Shown here: positions 28,559 to 39,101 of the stretch, in pieces
Layout of the letters: every line of letters starts with the position of its first letter
Position numbering within the stretch: position 1 is the first letter of the stretch
Source of the DNA: an uncultured bacterium
Lineage (GTDB): Bacteria > Oederibacteriota > PGYV01 > CAWJRG01
DNA: 64,000 nucleotides
Assembly: GCA_963845185.1 (NCBI GenBank)
Contig: CAWJRG010000011.1
Coordinates: 64,001-128,000, forward strand
Reading direction: 5' to 3'
Position numbers and translations under genes: made by a program
Notes under the pieces: model-generated
The model's input: the letters and a program-made list of their open reading frames with translations, nothing else
Database searches by the model: none
Told to the model about the DNA's origin: nothing

Positions 28559-29221
28559 TTTCTATTACCCCTTTTCGCTTTTTTCATGAGAACGTTTGCG
28601 TTCTCTTTCACCCTCGCTATTTCATTATCGCTCAGCCCCGCATCTTTAAGTACCTCGCGGTATTTTTTCTCATCCGCGAGGTCTTCAGGTGCATGGGCGT
28701 CCGTGTCAAATATCAAATCAGCTCCTGTTTCCTTTGCTATCCTGGCAACATGGCTATTTGTAATATTATGCCCTGAACGGGCTGTAATTTCAAGATAAAC
28801 ATGTTCTTGCTTGGCAAGCGTTGCTTCTTCTGCCGTTATATGTCCTGGGTGGGCAAGTATATCAATTCTGGCCATTATGGCTTCTTTATTTGAACCCGGT
28901 TCTACTGGTTCTATCGGCGTTTCCCCGTGAAAAACCACAATATCCGCTCCAAGTTGTTCTCGCCTTTCGCACCATCGGTTTTATAAATACCAGCGGGATA
29001 TGGGTAAGCTCCACTCCTGTAAAACATATAATATCTTTATATGCCTTTTTCATTTCCTTACAAAACCTCTTTATTCTCGGTATGATAAAATCAATATTTG
29101 AAATATCCGCATGGTCAGTAATTGCTATTGCTTTATATCCTTTTTTTCTTGCACGTTGTATAAGTTCGGATGGAAGTAAGTCTCCGTCAGAAAACAGGCT
29201 ATGCGTGTGAAAATCCATCAT
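28555..29221 (-). pseudogene. PHP-domain phosphoesterase (histidinol-phosphatase-like) with a +1 frameshift
   Basis: DFHTHS, ITDH, GVELTH, then HGET, ILAHPG and DTDAH. Removing one base at 28957-28958 gives KARQLGADIVVFHGET and 221 aa. Confidence 0.88.
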
Positions 29222-29331
29222 AAAAAAACTCCTTTTTTTAAACCTTTCAAGATATGCTCTTCACGTTTCGATCCGACAATTTCTCTTGAAGTTTCTGCAT
29301 TATAAAAACTTCTTTTATGTATTATTAGTCC

Positions 29332-29407
29332 TGGCGCCCCCGACACGAATCGAACGTGCGGCCAAAGGTTTAGGAAACCTCTGCTCTATCCACTGAGCTA
29401 CGGGGGC
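29332..29407 (-). tRNA. tRNA-Arg(CCT)
   Basis: GCCCCCG/CGGGGGC acceptor stem, anticodon loop TTCCTAA, GTTCGAT T-loop, encoded CCA; 76 nt. Confidence 0.97.
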
Positions 29408-29548
29408 TCATATGAATTATTAAGTTATTTTTATATAAGTATGATTATTTATAACAAATTATGCGTATTTTTCAACATAATTTTATATTTATTATAGCAT
29501 AAATTTAAGGTATAATATTTAAAATTGACCTGGAAAGGAAAATGAAAT

Positions 29549-30271
29549 TTGGAACCTCAATTTCAAGAAAATGTAAGTTTGCTTACTGCTTTTTTTGCTG
29601 GCATACTGTCATTTTTATCGCCGTGTGTATTGCCTTTAATCCCCGGCTATATTTCCTTTATTTCCGGCGAATCTATTCAAGCGCTGCGAAATAGTCAAGA
29701 AATAAAAAAGACACGGGAAAGAGTGATTTTAAGTTCGCTATTTTTTGTGGCTGGCTTTTCATTTGTATTCATACTTCTTGGAGCTTCGGCAACTACAATA
29801 GGTAAGTTTCTGCTTAAGTATTTAAAAACACTTTCCATTATAGCAGGCATTGTCATTATTATACTGGGACTTCATATGACAGGTATATTCCGGATAAAAG
29901 CTCTTTATTATGAAAAGAAATTTCAGGTGAAACAAAAGCCTGTTAATGCATTTGGTTCTTTTTTAATAGGTATTGCTTTTGCATTTGGTTGGACTCCCTG
30001 TATAGGTCCTATCCTTGCGGCAATACTCGCTGTTGCCGCAGCCCAAAGCACAATCGCAAAAGGTATATTTCTTTTAACTTCTTATTCTTTAGGCATGGCA
30101 ATCCCCTTCATGATTACCGCCTATAGCATAACTTTATTCTTTAAACTATTTGACAAAATAAAAAAATACTTTAACATAATAGAGTGGGCAAGCGGTATAT
30201 TGCTTTTAATTATAGGCATAATGATGGTTACAGGAATGTTTGCCAGGATAACCCATATTTTTGCATTTTAA
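29549..30271 (+). CDS. ccdA: CcdA/DsbD-type transmembrane disulfide reductase
   Basis: LSFLSPCVLPLIP and FGWTPCIGPIL motifs; TTG start. Confidence 0.93.
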   Translation: MEPQFQENVSLLTAFFAGILSFLSPCVLPLIPGYISFISGESIQALRNSQEIKKTRERVILSSLFFVAGFSFVFILLGASATTIGKFLLKYLKTLSIIAGIVIIILGLHMTGIFRIKALYYEKKFQVKQKPVNAFGSFLIGIAFAFGWTPCIGPILAAILAVAAAQSTIAKGIFLLTSYSLGMAIPFMITAYSITLFFKLFDKIKKYFNIIEWASGILLLIIGIMMVTGMFARITHIFAF

Positions 30272-30303
30272 AATAAGTTGTTTAAATAATATCGGAGGTA
30301 TTT

Positions 30304-30861
30304 ATGAAAAAATTCGCTGTAATAATTTTGATTTTTTCCCTTTCGTTCTTCGTTGGCTGCGGAAATAAAAAAGAAGCAAACAAACAGCCTGCGCAAAACG
30401 TCCAGCAACAGGCCACGCAGGTTCAGGCTCCAGCTCCAGCCGGAAACGCCAGCGTAACAAAAGCCCCTGATTTCGAAATTTATGATATATCAGGAAAAAA
30501 AATCAGGCTTTCGGATTATAAAGGAAATGTAATTTTCCTTGATTTCTGGGCAACCTGGTGCGGTTGGTGCAAAATTGAAATACCGTTTTTTCTGGATATG
30601 TACAAAAAATATAAAGATCAAGGGCTTGTTATAATAGGCATCGCGACTTCCGACAGGGATGACAGAGTATCGGCTTTTGTGAACACTTATAAAATGAATT
30701 ATCCAGTTGCAATGGCAAAAGACGAAATTGTTGCGGCATATGGAGGCATAAGAGGCTTACCTACCACTTTTGTCATAGATAAAAACGGAAATATCGCGAG
30801 GCAATATGTCGGCTACAGGCCAAGAGAAGTTTTTGAAAAAGACTATAACGAACTGAAATAA
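30304..30861 (+). CDS. TlpA/ResA-family thioredoxin-like lipoprotein
   Basis: Lipobox FVGC, Q/A/P-rich linker, FWATWCGWC and GLPTTFVID motifs. Confidence 0.92.
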   Translation: MKKFAVIILIFSLSFFVGCGNKKEANKQPAQNVQQQATQVQAPAPAGNASVTKAPDFEIYDISGKKIRLSDYKGNVIFLDFWATWCGWCKIEIPFFLDMYKKYKDQGLVIIGIATSDRDDRVSAFVNTYKMNYPVAMAKDEIVAAYGGIRGLPTTFVIDKNGNIARQYVGYRPREVFEKDYNELK

Positions 30862-30868
30862 GTTTAAT

Positions 30869-31282
30869 TCATTCTCCTATAATTTTTATAATAAGCTTTT
30901 TCTTTCTTTGCCCGTCGAACTCGGCGTAAAAGACCTGCTGCCACGGCCCCAAATCAAGTTTGCCTTCTGTCGCTGGCAAGATAACCTGGTGTCCAACAAG
31001 CAGATTTTTAAGATGTGCGTCGCCGTTAATCTCCCCTGTTTTATGGTGATTGTAATTGATGCCCTCGGGCGCCAGCTTATTAAGCCATGTTTCAATGTCC
31101 TTAAAGAGCCCTGATTCGTCATCATTTATAAACACACCTGCTGTAATGTGCATGGCTGATACAAGGACAAAACCTTCCTTGATTCCCGACTTTGATAATG
31201 TCTTATCAACGCTGTCTGTAATATTTATAAGCTCGCGGTGATTTTTTGTGTTAAAATACATGTATTCCGTATAAGATTTCAT
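30869..31282 (-). CDS. yjbQ: YjbQ/UPF0047 family protein
   Basis: MHITA, NGDAHLK and [14 protein letters not shown] motifs. Confidence 0.92.
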   Translation of the reverse strand: MKSYTEYMYFNTKNHRELINITDSVDKTLSKSGIKEGFVLVSAMHITAGVFINDDESGLFKDIETWLNKLAPEGINYNHHKTGEINGDAHLKNLLVGHQVILPATEGKLDLGPWQQVFYAEFDGQRKKKLIIKIIGE

Positions 31283-31330
31283 TTGATTCCACCTGTTTAA
31301 TTCCCGTTATTCATTATTGCAAAAATTAAA

Positions 31331-31364
31331 TAAAAAGTGCAGGATATACTCCTGCACTTTTATT
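31331..31364 (-). terminator. Intrinsic terminator after fba
   Basis: AAAAGTGCAGGA-TATAC-TCCTGCACTTTT hairpin. Confidence 0.8.
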
Positions 31365-31407
31365 ATATCTCAGTCATTTATTTATCTTACTGGTATTTGG
31401 AATCGTA

Positions 31408-32340
31408 TTATGCTTTTCCAGAACACCCAAGCACATCTTTAATTTTGTGTTTCACAACAGCTTTTATCGCGTCTCTTGCCGGTCCCAGATACTTCCTTGG
31501 GTCAAATTCTTCCGGCGTTTTTGAGAATACTTCCCTTATTGTTGCTGTCATCGCAAGGCGTAAATCCGTATCTATATTTATTTTCGCCACTGTCATTGAC
31601 GCGGCTTTTCTGAGCATGTCCTCCGGCACTCCCTGTGCGCCCGGCATTTTCCCGCCGTACTGATTGCATTTTGCCACCAGGTCCTGTGGCACCGAGGATG
31701 CACCATGCAATACCAAAGGATAGCCTTTTGGTATTTTCCTTATAATCTGCTCCAGCCTTTCAAAATCAAGTTTTGCCTCACCCTTAAATTTATACGCACC
31801 GTGACTTGTGCCTATCGCGACCGCAAGCGAATCGCAACCTGTTTTTGATATATAATCTGCCGCTTGGTCGGGATTTGTAAATTTGGCATCTGCTGCCGTA
31901 ACATTTACCGCGTCTTCAATGCCGGCAAGTTTTCCCAGTTCAGCTTCCACCACTACGCCTTTTGCATGGGCATAATCAACTACTTTTTTTGTTTCTTTCA
32001 CATTTTCCTCATAAGGCAGCCTCGATGCGTCTATCATAACTGATGTAAAACCTCCATCAACACACGACTTACAAATTTCAAAATCTTCGCCATGGTCAAG
32101 ATGTATTGCTATTGGAAGTCCCGAATCCTCTTCTGCTGCCTTAATAAGATGTATTAGATAGCCCGGCCTTGCATACTTTCTTGCGCCTGCGGATACCTGA
32201 AGTATAAGCGGAGCTTTTTCTTCTTTTGCTGCGTCCACAATTCCCTGGACTATTTCCATGTCATTTACATTAAAAGCCCCGACTGCATAACCTTCCTTAT
32301 TTGCTCTTGCAAACATTTCTTTTGTTCCAACTAATGGCAT
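31408..32340 (-). CDS. fba: Class II fructose-1,6-bisphosphate aldolase
   Basis: HLDHG, GTSHGAYKF, LVLHGASS and KINIDTD motifs. Confidence 0.96.
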   Translation of the reverse strand: MPLVGTKEMFARANKEGYAVGAFNVNDMEIVQGIVDAAKEEKAPLILQVSAGARKYARPGYLIHLIKAAEEDSGLPIAIHLDHGEDFEICKSCVDGGFTSVMIDASRLPYEENVKETKKVVDYAHAKGVVVEAELGKLAGIEDAVNVTAADAKFTNPDQAADYISKTGCDSLAVAIGTSHGAYKFKGEAKLDFERLEQIIRKIPKGYPLVLHGASSVPQDLVAKCNQYGGKMPGAQGVPEDMLRKAASMTVAKINIDTDLRLAMTATIREVFSKTPEEFDPRKYLGPARDAIKAVVKHKIKDVLGCSGKA

Positions 32341-32350
32341 ATTTTTCCTC

Positions 32351-32902
32351 CTACTTTTTAGGTTCCTTTTTTTTCTTTTCTTCTTTTTTTTCGGTTTTTG
32401 GTTTTTCCTTTTCTTTTACTTGCTTTAATTCTTTTCCATCTTTTACTTCTTTTTTAGGTTTTTCTGCTATCTCTTTTTTAGGTTTTTGTGCTGCTGCAGG
32501 CTTGCCTTTTTCATCCTTTTTTATTTCTTCCTTCTTGTATATTTTCTCAAAATCAACGAGTTCAATAATCGAAAGTTCGGCGTTATCGCCGGCCCTGTTT
32601 CCAAGCTTTAGAATTCTGGTATAACCACCATTCCTTGCCGAGTATAATCCCGCTATTTCAGAAAAAAGCTTTTTTATAAGGTCTCTGTCATCTATCAACC
32701 TGGCCACCTGCCTCATGTCATGCATGGTCCCTGATTTTGCCCTTGTAATAAGCGGTTCTACTACTTCCCGTAAATACTTTGCTTTTGTTGTAGTTGTTTT
32801 AATACGTCCATGAAAAAGCAGTTGTTTAGCAAGGTTCCTTATCACTGCCTTCCTGTGCCCTATATGCAACCCAAGCGTCGTACTTTTTACTTTATGTCTC
32901 AT
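32351..32902 (-). CDS. rplQ: 50S ribosomal protein bL17 with a K/E-rich C-terminal tail
   Basis: MRHK...RNGGYTRILK..RAGDNA; follows rpoA. Confidence 0.96.
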   Translation of the reverse strand: MRHKVKSTTLGLHIGHRKAVIRNLAKQLLFHGRIKTTTTKAKYLREVVEPLITRAKSGTMHDMRQVARLIDDRDLIKKLFSEIAGLYSARNGGYTRILKLGNRAGDNAELSIIELVDFEKIYKKEEIKKDEKGKPAAAQKPKKEIAEKPKKEVKDGKELKQVKEKEKPKTEKKEEKKKKEPKK

Positions 32903-32968
32903 TTTAAACTCCTTGTTAATAAAATATTACTCTTGCTTGCACCCGTTTTAAGCCTAGGATAAATGGTA

Positions 32969-33961
32969 CTATTTTTTAAATAGTTTCTTGATTTCTTTAA
33001 GCAGCTCTTTTGGTATCTTCATGCCAAGCGACAATCCCATTTCGGTTAATACTTCCTTTATTTCATTCAGCGACTTTCTCCCGAAATTTCTGTATTTCAG
33101 CATATCCACTTCGGACTTTGTAACTAGGTCAGCTATTGTCTTTATGTTTGCATTTTTCAGGCAATTTGAGGAACGTACGGAAAGTTCAAGTTCTTCCACG
33201 CTTTTCGCGAGAGTTGTTTTCATTTTTTCCTTTTCCTCATCGATTTTTTCTTCCTTAATTTCAATCTCGCCTTCCTGCGTAATAAATATATTGAGATATT
33301 CCCTCAAAATTAAAGCCGCCTGTGTAAGCGAAGTCTCCGGGGATATCCTACCATCCGTTGTTATTGAAAGTATCAGCTTGTCGTAATCCGTTATCTGGCC
33401 TACCCTGGTATTTTCAACCTCAAGCTTCACGTTTATCACAGGTGTGAATATAGAGTCAATAGGAATCATACCTATGGGCATGTCATCCCTTTTATTTTTA
33501 TCAGCCGTTACATAGCCCCTGCCCTGGTCGACTTCCATTTCGATAAAAAGTCTTGCGTCCCTGCTGGTAAGCGTGGCTATATGCAAGCCGGCATTAAAAA
33601 TCTTTATGTCGCTGTCCGGCTTTATATCGCCTGCCGTTACTTCCCTTTCGCCTTCGGCCTCAATATATATTTTCTTCGGGGCCTCGCCGTAAAGCAGAAG
33701 TTTCAGCTGTTTCAGATTTAGTATTATCTCCGAAACGTCTTCCATTACACCGGGTATCGTGGCGAATTCATGCTGTACCCCTTCTATCTTTATTGATGTG
33801 ATGGCCGCGCCCGGTATTGACGATAATAGAATTCTACGCAAGGCATTTCCAATTGCAATCGCATATCCTCTTTCAAACGGTTCTGATATAAACCTGCCGA
33901 ATGTGTCGCTTAATTCTTCTTTCTCAAGCTTTTTTGGTTTTTGCAAATTTTTCCATTTCAT
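32969..33961 (-). CDS. rpoA: RNA polymerase alpha subunit
   Basis: GNALRRILLSS, LELSVRSSNCL and NFGRKSLNEI motifs. Confidence 0.98.
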   Translation of the reverse strand: MKWKNLQKPKKLEKEELSDTFGRFISEPFERGYAIAIGNALRRILLSSIPGAAITSIKIEGVQHEFATIPGVMEDVSEIILNLKQLKLLLYGEAPKKIYIEAEGEREVTAGDIKPDSDIKIFNAGLHIATLTSRDARLFIEMEVDQGRGYVTADKNKRDDMPIGMIPIDSIFTPVINVKLEVENTRVGQITDYDKLILSITTDGRISPETSLTQAALILREYLNIFITQEGEIEIKEEKIDEEKEKMKTTLAKSVEELELSVRSSNCLKNANIKTIADLVTKSEVDMLKYRNFGRKSLNEIKEVLTEMGLSLGMKIPKELLKEIKKLFKK

Positions 33962-33980
33962 TATATTATATACACCTCCG

Positions 33981-34616
33981 TTATTTAGAGTACAGTTCTA
34001 CTATTAACTGTTCCTGCACCGGCAGAGCAATATCTGCCCTTATGGGGTCGTTTTTAATACTAGCTTCCAGCCTGTCAAAATTCATTTCAATCCAAGTAGG
34101 AGTAGTCCTTCCTTTTTTTGACTCCTCTATGGCTTTTTTTACCGTCTGTAATTCCAAAGTGCTTGCCTTAAGTGTCACCTTGTCGCCCGGCCTTACTTCG
34201 TATGAGGCAATATTAATCTTCCTGCCGTTTACCAGCACATGTCCGTGCCCGACAAACTCTCTTGCCACCCTGCGTGACACAGTAAAACCGCTCCTGAATA
34301 CAACATTATCAAGCCTTTTCTCAAGCATTTTGAGCAGGTTTTCACCTGTTTCACCTTTTTTCCTATCGGATATCTCAAAATACCTTCTGAACTGGCGCTC
34401 GTATACCCCGTAAATTCTCTTTACCTTTTGTTTTTCCCTCAACTGTTTTCCATATTCGGATATTTTCCTGCCTCTGGAATCGTCGTGATGTTGCCCGGGA
34501 ATATAAGGTCTTCTTGAATAAGCGCATTTATCCGTCTGGCACCTGTCGCCTTTTAAAAAAAGCTTCATGCCTTCTCTCCGGCATAATCTGCATAAACTTT
34601 CCCTATATCTTGCCAA
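33981..34616 (-). CDS. rpsD: 30S ribosomal protein uS4 (Zn-binding form)
   Basis: CRLCRRE, QLREKQK and IVELYSK; TTG start. Confidence 0.98.
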   Translation of the reverse strand: MARYRESLCRLCRREGMKLFLKGDRCQTDKCAYSRRPYIPGQHHDDSRGRKISEYGKQLREKQKVKRIYGVYERQFRRYFEISDRKKGETGENLLKMLEKRLDNVVFRSGFTVSRRVAREFVGHGHVLVNGRKINIASYEVRPGDKVTLKASTLELQTVKKAIEESKKGRTTPTWIEMNFDRLEASIKNDPIRADIALPVQEQLIVELYSK

Positions 34617-34671
34617 TTTTAGAACCTCCTATTTTTAGCAATTTCAAACTAATTTTATATACAATTAGCAA

Positions 34672-35043
34672 TTATACTCTTCTCCGTTTTGGAGGTCTGC
34701 AGCCATTGTGAGGTATCGGAGTTACATCCTTGATTAAAACTATAGTAAGCCCCACTGCTTGTAAAGCCCTGATGGCAGGCTCTCTTCCTTCACCAGGTCC
34801 CTTTACGTACACTTCAACCTTTTTTACACCCATATCAAAAGCTATTTTGCCTGCTTTTTCAGCAGCAAGTTGTGCCGCAAACGGCGTGCTTTTCCTAGCG
34901 CCTTTGTATCCAACTGTTCCACCGCTTGCCCAAGAAAGCACTTCGCCGTCCCTTGCAGTCAGCGAAATAATAGTGTTATTAAACGTCGCCTGTATGTGAG
35001 CTATTGCTGTCTCTGGTACTACTCTTTGCTTTTTCTTGGCCAA
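34672..35043 (-). CDS. rpsK: 30S ribosomal protein uS11
   Basis: ATFNNTI and [21 protein letters not shown] start. Confidence 0.98.
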   Translation of the reverse strand: MAKKKQRVVPETAIAHIQATFNNTIISLTARDGEVLSWASGGTVGYKGARKSTPFAAQLAAEKAGKIAFDMGVKKVEVYVKGPGEGREPAIRALQAVGLTIVLIKDVTPIPHNGCRPPKRRRV

Positions 35044-35098
35044 AACAATACCTCCTGATTAATTAACAATGTTTACCCTTCCATTGAAAGAGGGTATA

Positions 35099-35503
35099 TT
35101 ATTTCTGTGCCGGCGCTTCCGACGGCGCAGCTGCCATTTTCTTTGCGCCTACGGTCTTTCTCGGCCCTTTCCTTGTCCTCGCGTTTGAACGGGTCCTCTG
35201 TCCCCTGACTGGAAGGTTTTTTCTGTGCCTTATACCCCTATAACAGCCTATATCCATCAGCCTTTTTATGTCCTGGGAAATCTCTTTTCTTAAATCTCCC
35301 TCAACTTTTAATTGCTTATTCAATATTGCTTCTTGTATCCTGTGCACCTCGTCTTCGGTAAGGTTGTAAACCCTGGTATCAGGATTTACATTCGCGTCAC
35401 TTAGTATTTCCTTGGACAATGAAAGCCCTATCCCATATATATAGGTTAAAGCAACTTCAATCCTCTTGTTCTTTGGTAAATCAACTCCCGTTATCCTAGC
35501 CAA
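35099..35503 (-). CDS. rpsM: 30S ribosomal protein uS13
   Basis: ARITGVDLP and [20 protein letters not shown] start. Confidence 0.98.
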   Translation of the reverse strand: MARITGVDLPKNKRIEVALTYIYGIGLSLSKEILSDANVNPDTRVYNLTEDEVHRIQEAILNKQLKVEGDLRKEISQDIKRLMDIGCYRGIRHRKNLPVRGQRTRSNARTRKGPRKTVGAKKMAAAPSEAPAQK

Positions 35504-35515
35504 ATTAATTACCTC

Positions 35516-35629
35516 CTAACCCTGTCTTTGTTTATGTTTGGGGTTGCTGCAAATAACCCTTACGACTCTTTTCCTTCTTACAATCTTGCATTTCTCGCAA
35601 ATCTTTTTTACCGATGCTCTTACTTTCAT
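35516..35629 (-). CDS. rpmJ: 50S ribosomal protein bL36 (Zn-binding form)
   Basis: Manual translation [37 protein letters not shown]. Confidence 0.97.
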   Translation of the reverse strand: MKVRASVKKICEKCKIVRRKRVVRVICSNPKHKQRQG

Positions 35630-35647
35630 TTATTTCACCTCTTCAAC

Positions 35648-35869
35648 CTATTTACCGTGTCTGTATATTATTCTGCCTCTACTCAAATCGTAAGGTGATA
35701 CCTGTACCGTAACTTTATCTCCTGGAAGCAGCTTGATAAAATTCATCCTCATTTTCCCGGAAACATGAGCAAGTACTTTATGCCCGTTTGACAGTTCCAC
35801 CCTGAACGTGGCGTTAGGTAAAGGCTCCACTATTGTGCCTTCACATTCGATTAAATCTTCTTTTGACAA
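35648..35869 (-). CDS. infA: Translation initiation factor IF-1
   Basis: [17 protein letters not shown] and [13 protein letters not shown] start. Confidence 0.98.
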   Translation of the reverse strand: MSKEDLIECEGTIVEPLPNATFRVELSNGHKVLAHVSGKMRMNFIKLLPGDKVTVQVSPYDLSRGRIIYRHGK

Positions 35870-35872
35870 ATT

Positions 35873-36628
35873 CTACACTCCTAGTTTACTTAAAATAACA
35901 GGACCATTTTCAGTTATAGCTACATCATGCTCAAAATGGGCTGAAAGCCCTTTATCTTTAGTCACAACAGTCCATTCGTTTTCAAGTATCTCTATTTCAT
36001 AACCCTTCTCATTTACCATTGGTTCTATTGCGAGTATCATGCCGGGTTTTAAATCAGGTCCTGTCCCTTGTTTCCCGTAATTCGGTACAAGCGGCTCCTC
36101 ATGCAGTTCCCTGCCTATACCGTGTCCTACAAAATCCCTTACCACGGAAAAATTATTTGACTCAACATATTGTTGTATGCCTGCCGATATATCGCCAAGC
36201 CTATTCCCAGCAACTGCTTTTTCTATGCCTTTATATAAGGCTTTTTCGGTAATTTCAATTAGCCTTTCTGCTTTGGCAGAAATATGCCCAACCCCTACCG
36301 TTATTGTGGCATCTCCGTAAAAACCCTCATACTCTGCGCCAAAATCAATGCTTACAATATCACCTTCTTTTAAAAACCTGCCTTTAGAAGGAATCCCGTG
36401 TACTACTTCATCATTTATTGAAATGCAAACGCTCGCAGGAAAGCCCCTGTAGCCTAAAAAAGCAGGCCTAGCTCTAAGCTGTTTGCTTGCTTTCCTTGCC
36501 AACAGGTCAAATTCCATGGTCTCAACGCCCGGTTTTGCGATTTCTTTCAACCTTAAAAGAACCTCTGCGACTATCTTTGCGCTTTTTTCTAATTTCTTTA
36601 TATCTTCCGCTGTTTTTAATACTATCAT
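35873..36628 (-). CDS. map: Methionine aminopeptidase type I
   Basis: VVHGIP, GHGIGRELHEEP, AIEPMVN and SAHFEH motifs. Confidence 0.98.
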   Translation of the reverse strand: MIVLKTAEDIKKLEKSAKIVAEVLLRLKEIAKPGVETMEFDLLARKASKQLRARPAFLGYRGFPASVCISINDEVVHGIPSKGRFLKEGDIVSIDFGAEYEGFYGDATITVGVGHISAKAERLIEITEKALYKGIEKAVAGNRLGDISAGIQQYVESNNFSVVRDFVGHGIGRELHEEPLVPNYGKQGTGPDLKPGMILAIEPMVNEKGYEIEILENEWTVVTKDKGLSAHFEHDVAITENGPVILSKLGV

Positions 36629-36649
36629 AAACTTCCTTATTGATATTAA

Positions 36650-37300
36650 TTATTTATTTTCTAAAAGTCCTATTATCTTCTGCACTATTTCGTCTATGGT
36701 CCCTTCGGACGCTTCAATATCCTTTAAAATACCTTTATTCGTGTAATAAGCTGTCAAAGGTGACGTCTGCCTTTCATAAACAGATAGCCTTTTCTCTATG
36801 GTCTCCGGCTTGTCGTCATCCCTCTGATAAAATTCTCCACCGCATTTATCGCATTTGCCTTCCACAGCCGGCGGCAGGGTATATACGTTAAAATTGGCCC
36901 CGCAGCTTTTACATAACCTTCGTCCTGTAAGCCTTTTTGAAAGCACGTCTTTTTTTACTGTTATGTTTATTACCGCGTCAAGCGCCAGTTTAGCCCTTTT
37001 AAAAATAAACTCAAGCGCGTCGGCCTGTTCCACCGTTCTCGGGAATCCGTCTAAAAGAAAACCCGCCTTGCAGTCCGGCGCTTTAATCCTGTCATCCACT
37101 ATTCCGACTATTATATCGTCAGGGACAAGCAAACCTCTGTCCATATAATCCTTTGCCTGTACGCCAAGTTCTGTCTTATTTTTTACTGCTTCTCTCAATA
37201 TATCACCGGTTGAAATTTGCGGAATCTTATATTTTTCAACAAGCTTCTGTGAATAAGTGCCTTTCCCTGCTCCAGGCGGCCCTAATAAAATAAATATCAT
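36650..37300 (-). CDS. adk: Adenylate kinase (Zn lid)
   Basis: GPPGAGKGT, LDGFPRT and CKSC/CDKC motifs. Confidence 0.98.
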   Translation of the reverse strand: MIFILLGPPGAGKGTYSQKLVEKYKIPQISTGDILREAVKNKTELGVQAKDYMDRGLLVPDDIIVGIVDDRIKAPDCKAGFLLDGFPRTVEQADALEFIFKRAKLALDAVINITVKKDVLSKRLTGRRLCKSCGANFNVYTLPPAVEGKCDKCGGEFYQRDDDKPETIEKRLSVYERQTSPLTAYYTNKGILKDIEASEGTIDEIVQKIIGLLENK

Positions 37301-37319
37301 ATTTTGCCTCCTTTTTTTA

Positions 37320-38657
37320 TTACCCTCTTCTTCCCTTTATTCTGCCTGCTTTCATAAATCCTTCATAATGCCGCATTAAAAGATGCGATTCTATCTGTTG
37401 CACGGTATCGAGCGCGACTCCCACGACTATAAGTAAGGTAGTTCCGCCAAAATACCATCCTATAGACAACTGTTTTCCCAGAAAATCCGGAATGATAGCA
37501 ATGATAAGGACAAGCACAGCGCCTCCAAGGGTAATGTGCGTAAGAATATCATTGATATATTCCGCGGAAGGCTGTCCTGGCCTTATCCCAGGAATAAACC
37601 CTCCGTATTTTTTCATATTATCAGCAACATCCGTTGGGTTAAAAGTGATTGCGGTATAAAAATAGCAGAAGAAAATTATCAAGCCTGCATACATCAAAAT
37701 ATAAAGAAATTTGCCAGGCGAAATCCAGTCATTGACAAATCCGACTACTGCCTGCAAAAGGTTGCTTTGATTTGGCCTTTCCAAAAATTTTGACACCATT
37801 GAAGGTATAATCATTATTGAAGAAGCGAATATGACGGCTATAACTCCAGAATAGTCTATCTTTAAAGGAAGCTGAGTGCTTTGTCCCCTGTACATCTTCC
37901 TCCCTATTATCCTTTGCGCATATTGGACCGGTATTCTCCTGTATGATTGCTGGGAAACTACGGCAAGGGCAGTTAAAAAAACGATAACGACCACAAAAAA
38001 TAATATCTGGAACAGGGAAACCGTGCCTGCCTTCCAAAGGCTTATCATACTTCCTATCTCAATCGGTATCCTCGCCACAATACCGGCAAAAATCAGCATC
38101 GACATGCCGTTGCCTACTCCGTATTCCGTCATCTGTTCGCCAAGCCACATCAAAAATATGGTGCCGCATGTCAGCGTAAGTATGGTTGTAATCTGGAAAG
38201 CTATATTATAATTGATAACTATGCTAATCCCGCCAATCGGAGGTATGTTCTTAAGCCAGAAAGTTACGGCCAATGACTGGAAAGCGCATATTCCCACGGT
38301 AAGATAACGTGTATACTGGGTTATTTTCTTTCTGCCCGCGTCTCCCTCCTTTTGCAATGCCTCAAGTGAAGGTATTACCGCTGTTAGTAGCTGCATTATT
38401 ATAGATGATGAAATATAAGGCATTATACCCAGCGAGAATATGGTAAAATTTCTCAATGCTCCGCCGGAAAATAAATCCATGAATCCCAGGAAACCGCTTG
38501 CCTGCGCCTGAATAAGTGCGTTCATAGCGTGCGTGTTTATACCTGGCGTTGGTACATGCGCGCCAAGCCTGAATACAAATATCATGCCCAGGGTAAACAA
38601 TACCCTTCTTTTCAACTCCGGTATTTTAAATATATTTTGTAATGAATCTATCGGCAT
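37320..38657 (-). CDS. secY: Preprotein translocase SecY
   Basis: LGIMPYISSSII, GGFIPGIRPG and GGTTLLIVVGV motifs. Confidence 0.98.
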   Translation of the reverse strand: MPIDSLQNIFKIPELKRRVLFTLGMIFVFRLGAHVPTPGINTHAMNALIQAQASGFLGFMDLFSGGALRNFTIFSLGIMPYISSSIIMQLLTAVIPSLEALQKEGDAGRKKITQYTRYLTVGICAFQSLAVTFWLKNIPPIGGISIVINYNIAFQITTILTLTCGTIFLMWLGEQMTEYGVGNGMSMLIFAGIVARIPIEIGSMISLWKAGTVSLFQILFFVVVIVFLTALAVVSQQSYRRIPVQYAQRIIGRKMYRGQSTQLPLKIDYSGVIAVIFASSIMIIPSMVSKFLERPNQSNLLQAVVGFVNDWISPGKFLYILMYAGLIIFFCYFYTAITFNPTDVADNMKKYGGFIPGIRPGQPSAEYINDILTHITLGGAVLVLIIAIIPDFLGKQLSIGWYFGGTTLLIVVGVALDTVQQIESHLLMRHYEGFMKAGRIKGRRG

Positions 38658-39100
38658 ATTAATACCTCGGTTGTACCGCCTGCTTTTTTTATTTTTTCCT
38701 CAGCGCTTTTCGAAAACTTATCGGCTTTAACTTTTAAAGCCTTGACGAGGTCGCCGTCGCCGAGAATTTTTAGTTTCTTTGTTTTGCTGGATATAAGGCC
38801 TTTTTCAAACAATATTTCCTTTGTTATTTCTGCTCCCGCCTCAAATTTTTCGTTGAGTATGCTTGTATTTATTATTTCAAATTCTTTCTTAAAAATATTT
38901 TTGAACCCTGATTTGGGTATAAGCTGGGTTAGCCTTTGCTGTCCGCCCTCGAACCACGGCGGTTTACCCGCGCCGCTTCTTGCATTCTGGCCCTTGTGAC
39001 CTTTGCCGGCTGTTTTTCCCCAGCCGCTGCCAATGCCTTTCCCAAGACGTTTTTTTGTTTTTCTCTTCTTTTTATTTATCTTCAGATCGGACATTTTCAT
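38648..39100 (-). CDS. rplO: 50S ribosomal protein uL15
   Basis: GKTAGKGHKGQNARSG and FEGGQ motifs. Confidence 0.97.
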   Translation of the reverse strand: MKMSDLKINKKKRKTKKRLGKGIGSGWGKTAGKGHKGQNARSGAGKPPWFEGGQQRLTQLIPKSGFKNIFKKEFEIINTSILNEKFEAGAEITKEILFEKGLISSKTKKLKILGDGDLVKALKVKADKFSKSAEEKIKKAGGTTEVLICR

Positions 39101-39101
39101 C

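Noticed and set aside
29222..29407. tRNA-Arg as an integration site
   Set aside because: No integrase and no duplicated tRNA 3' end seen in the window.
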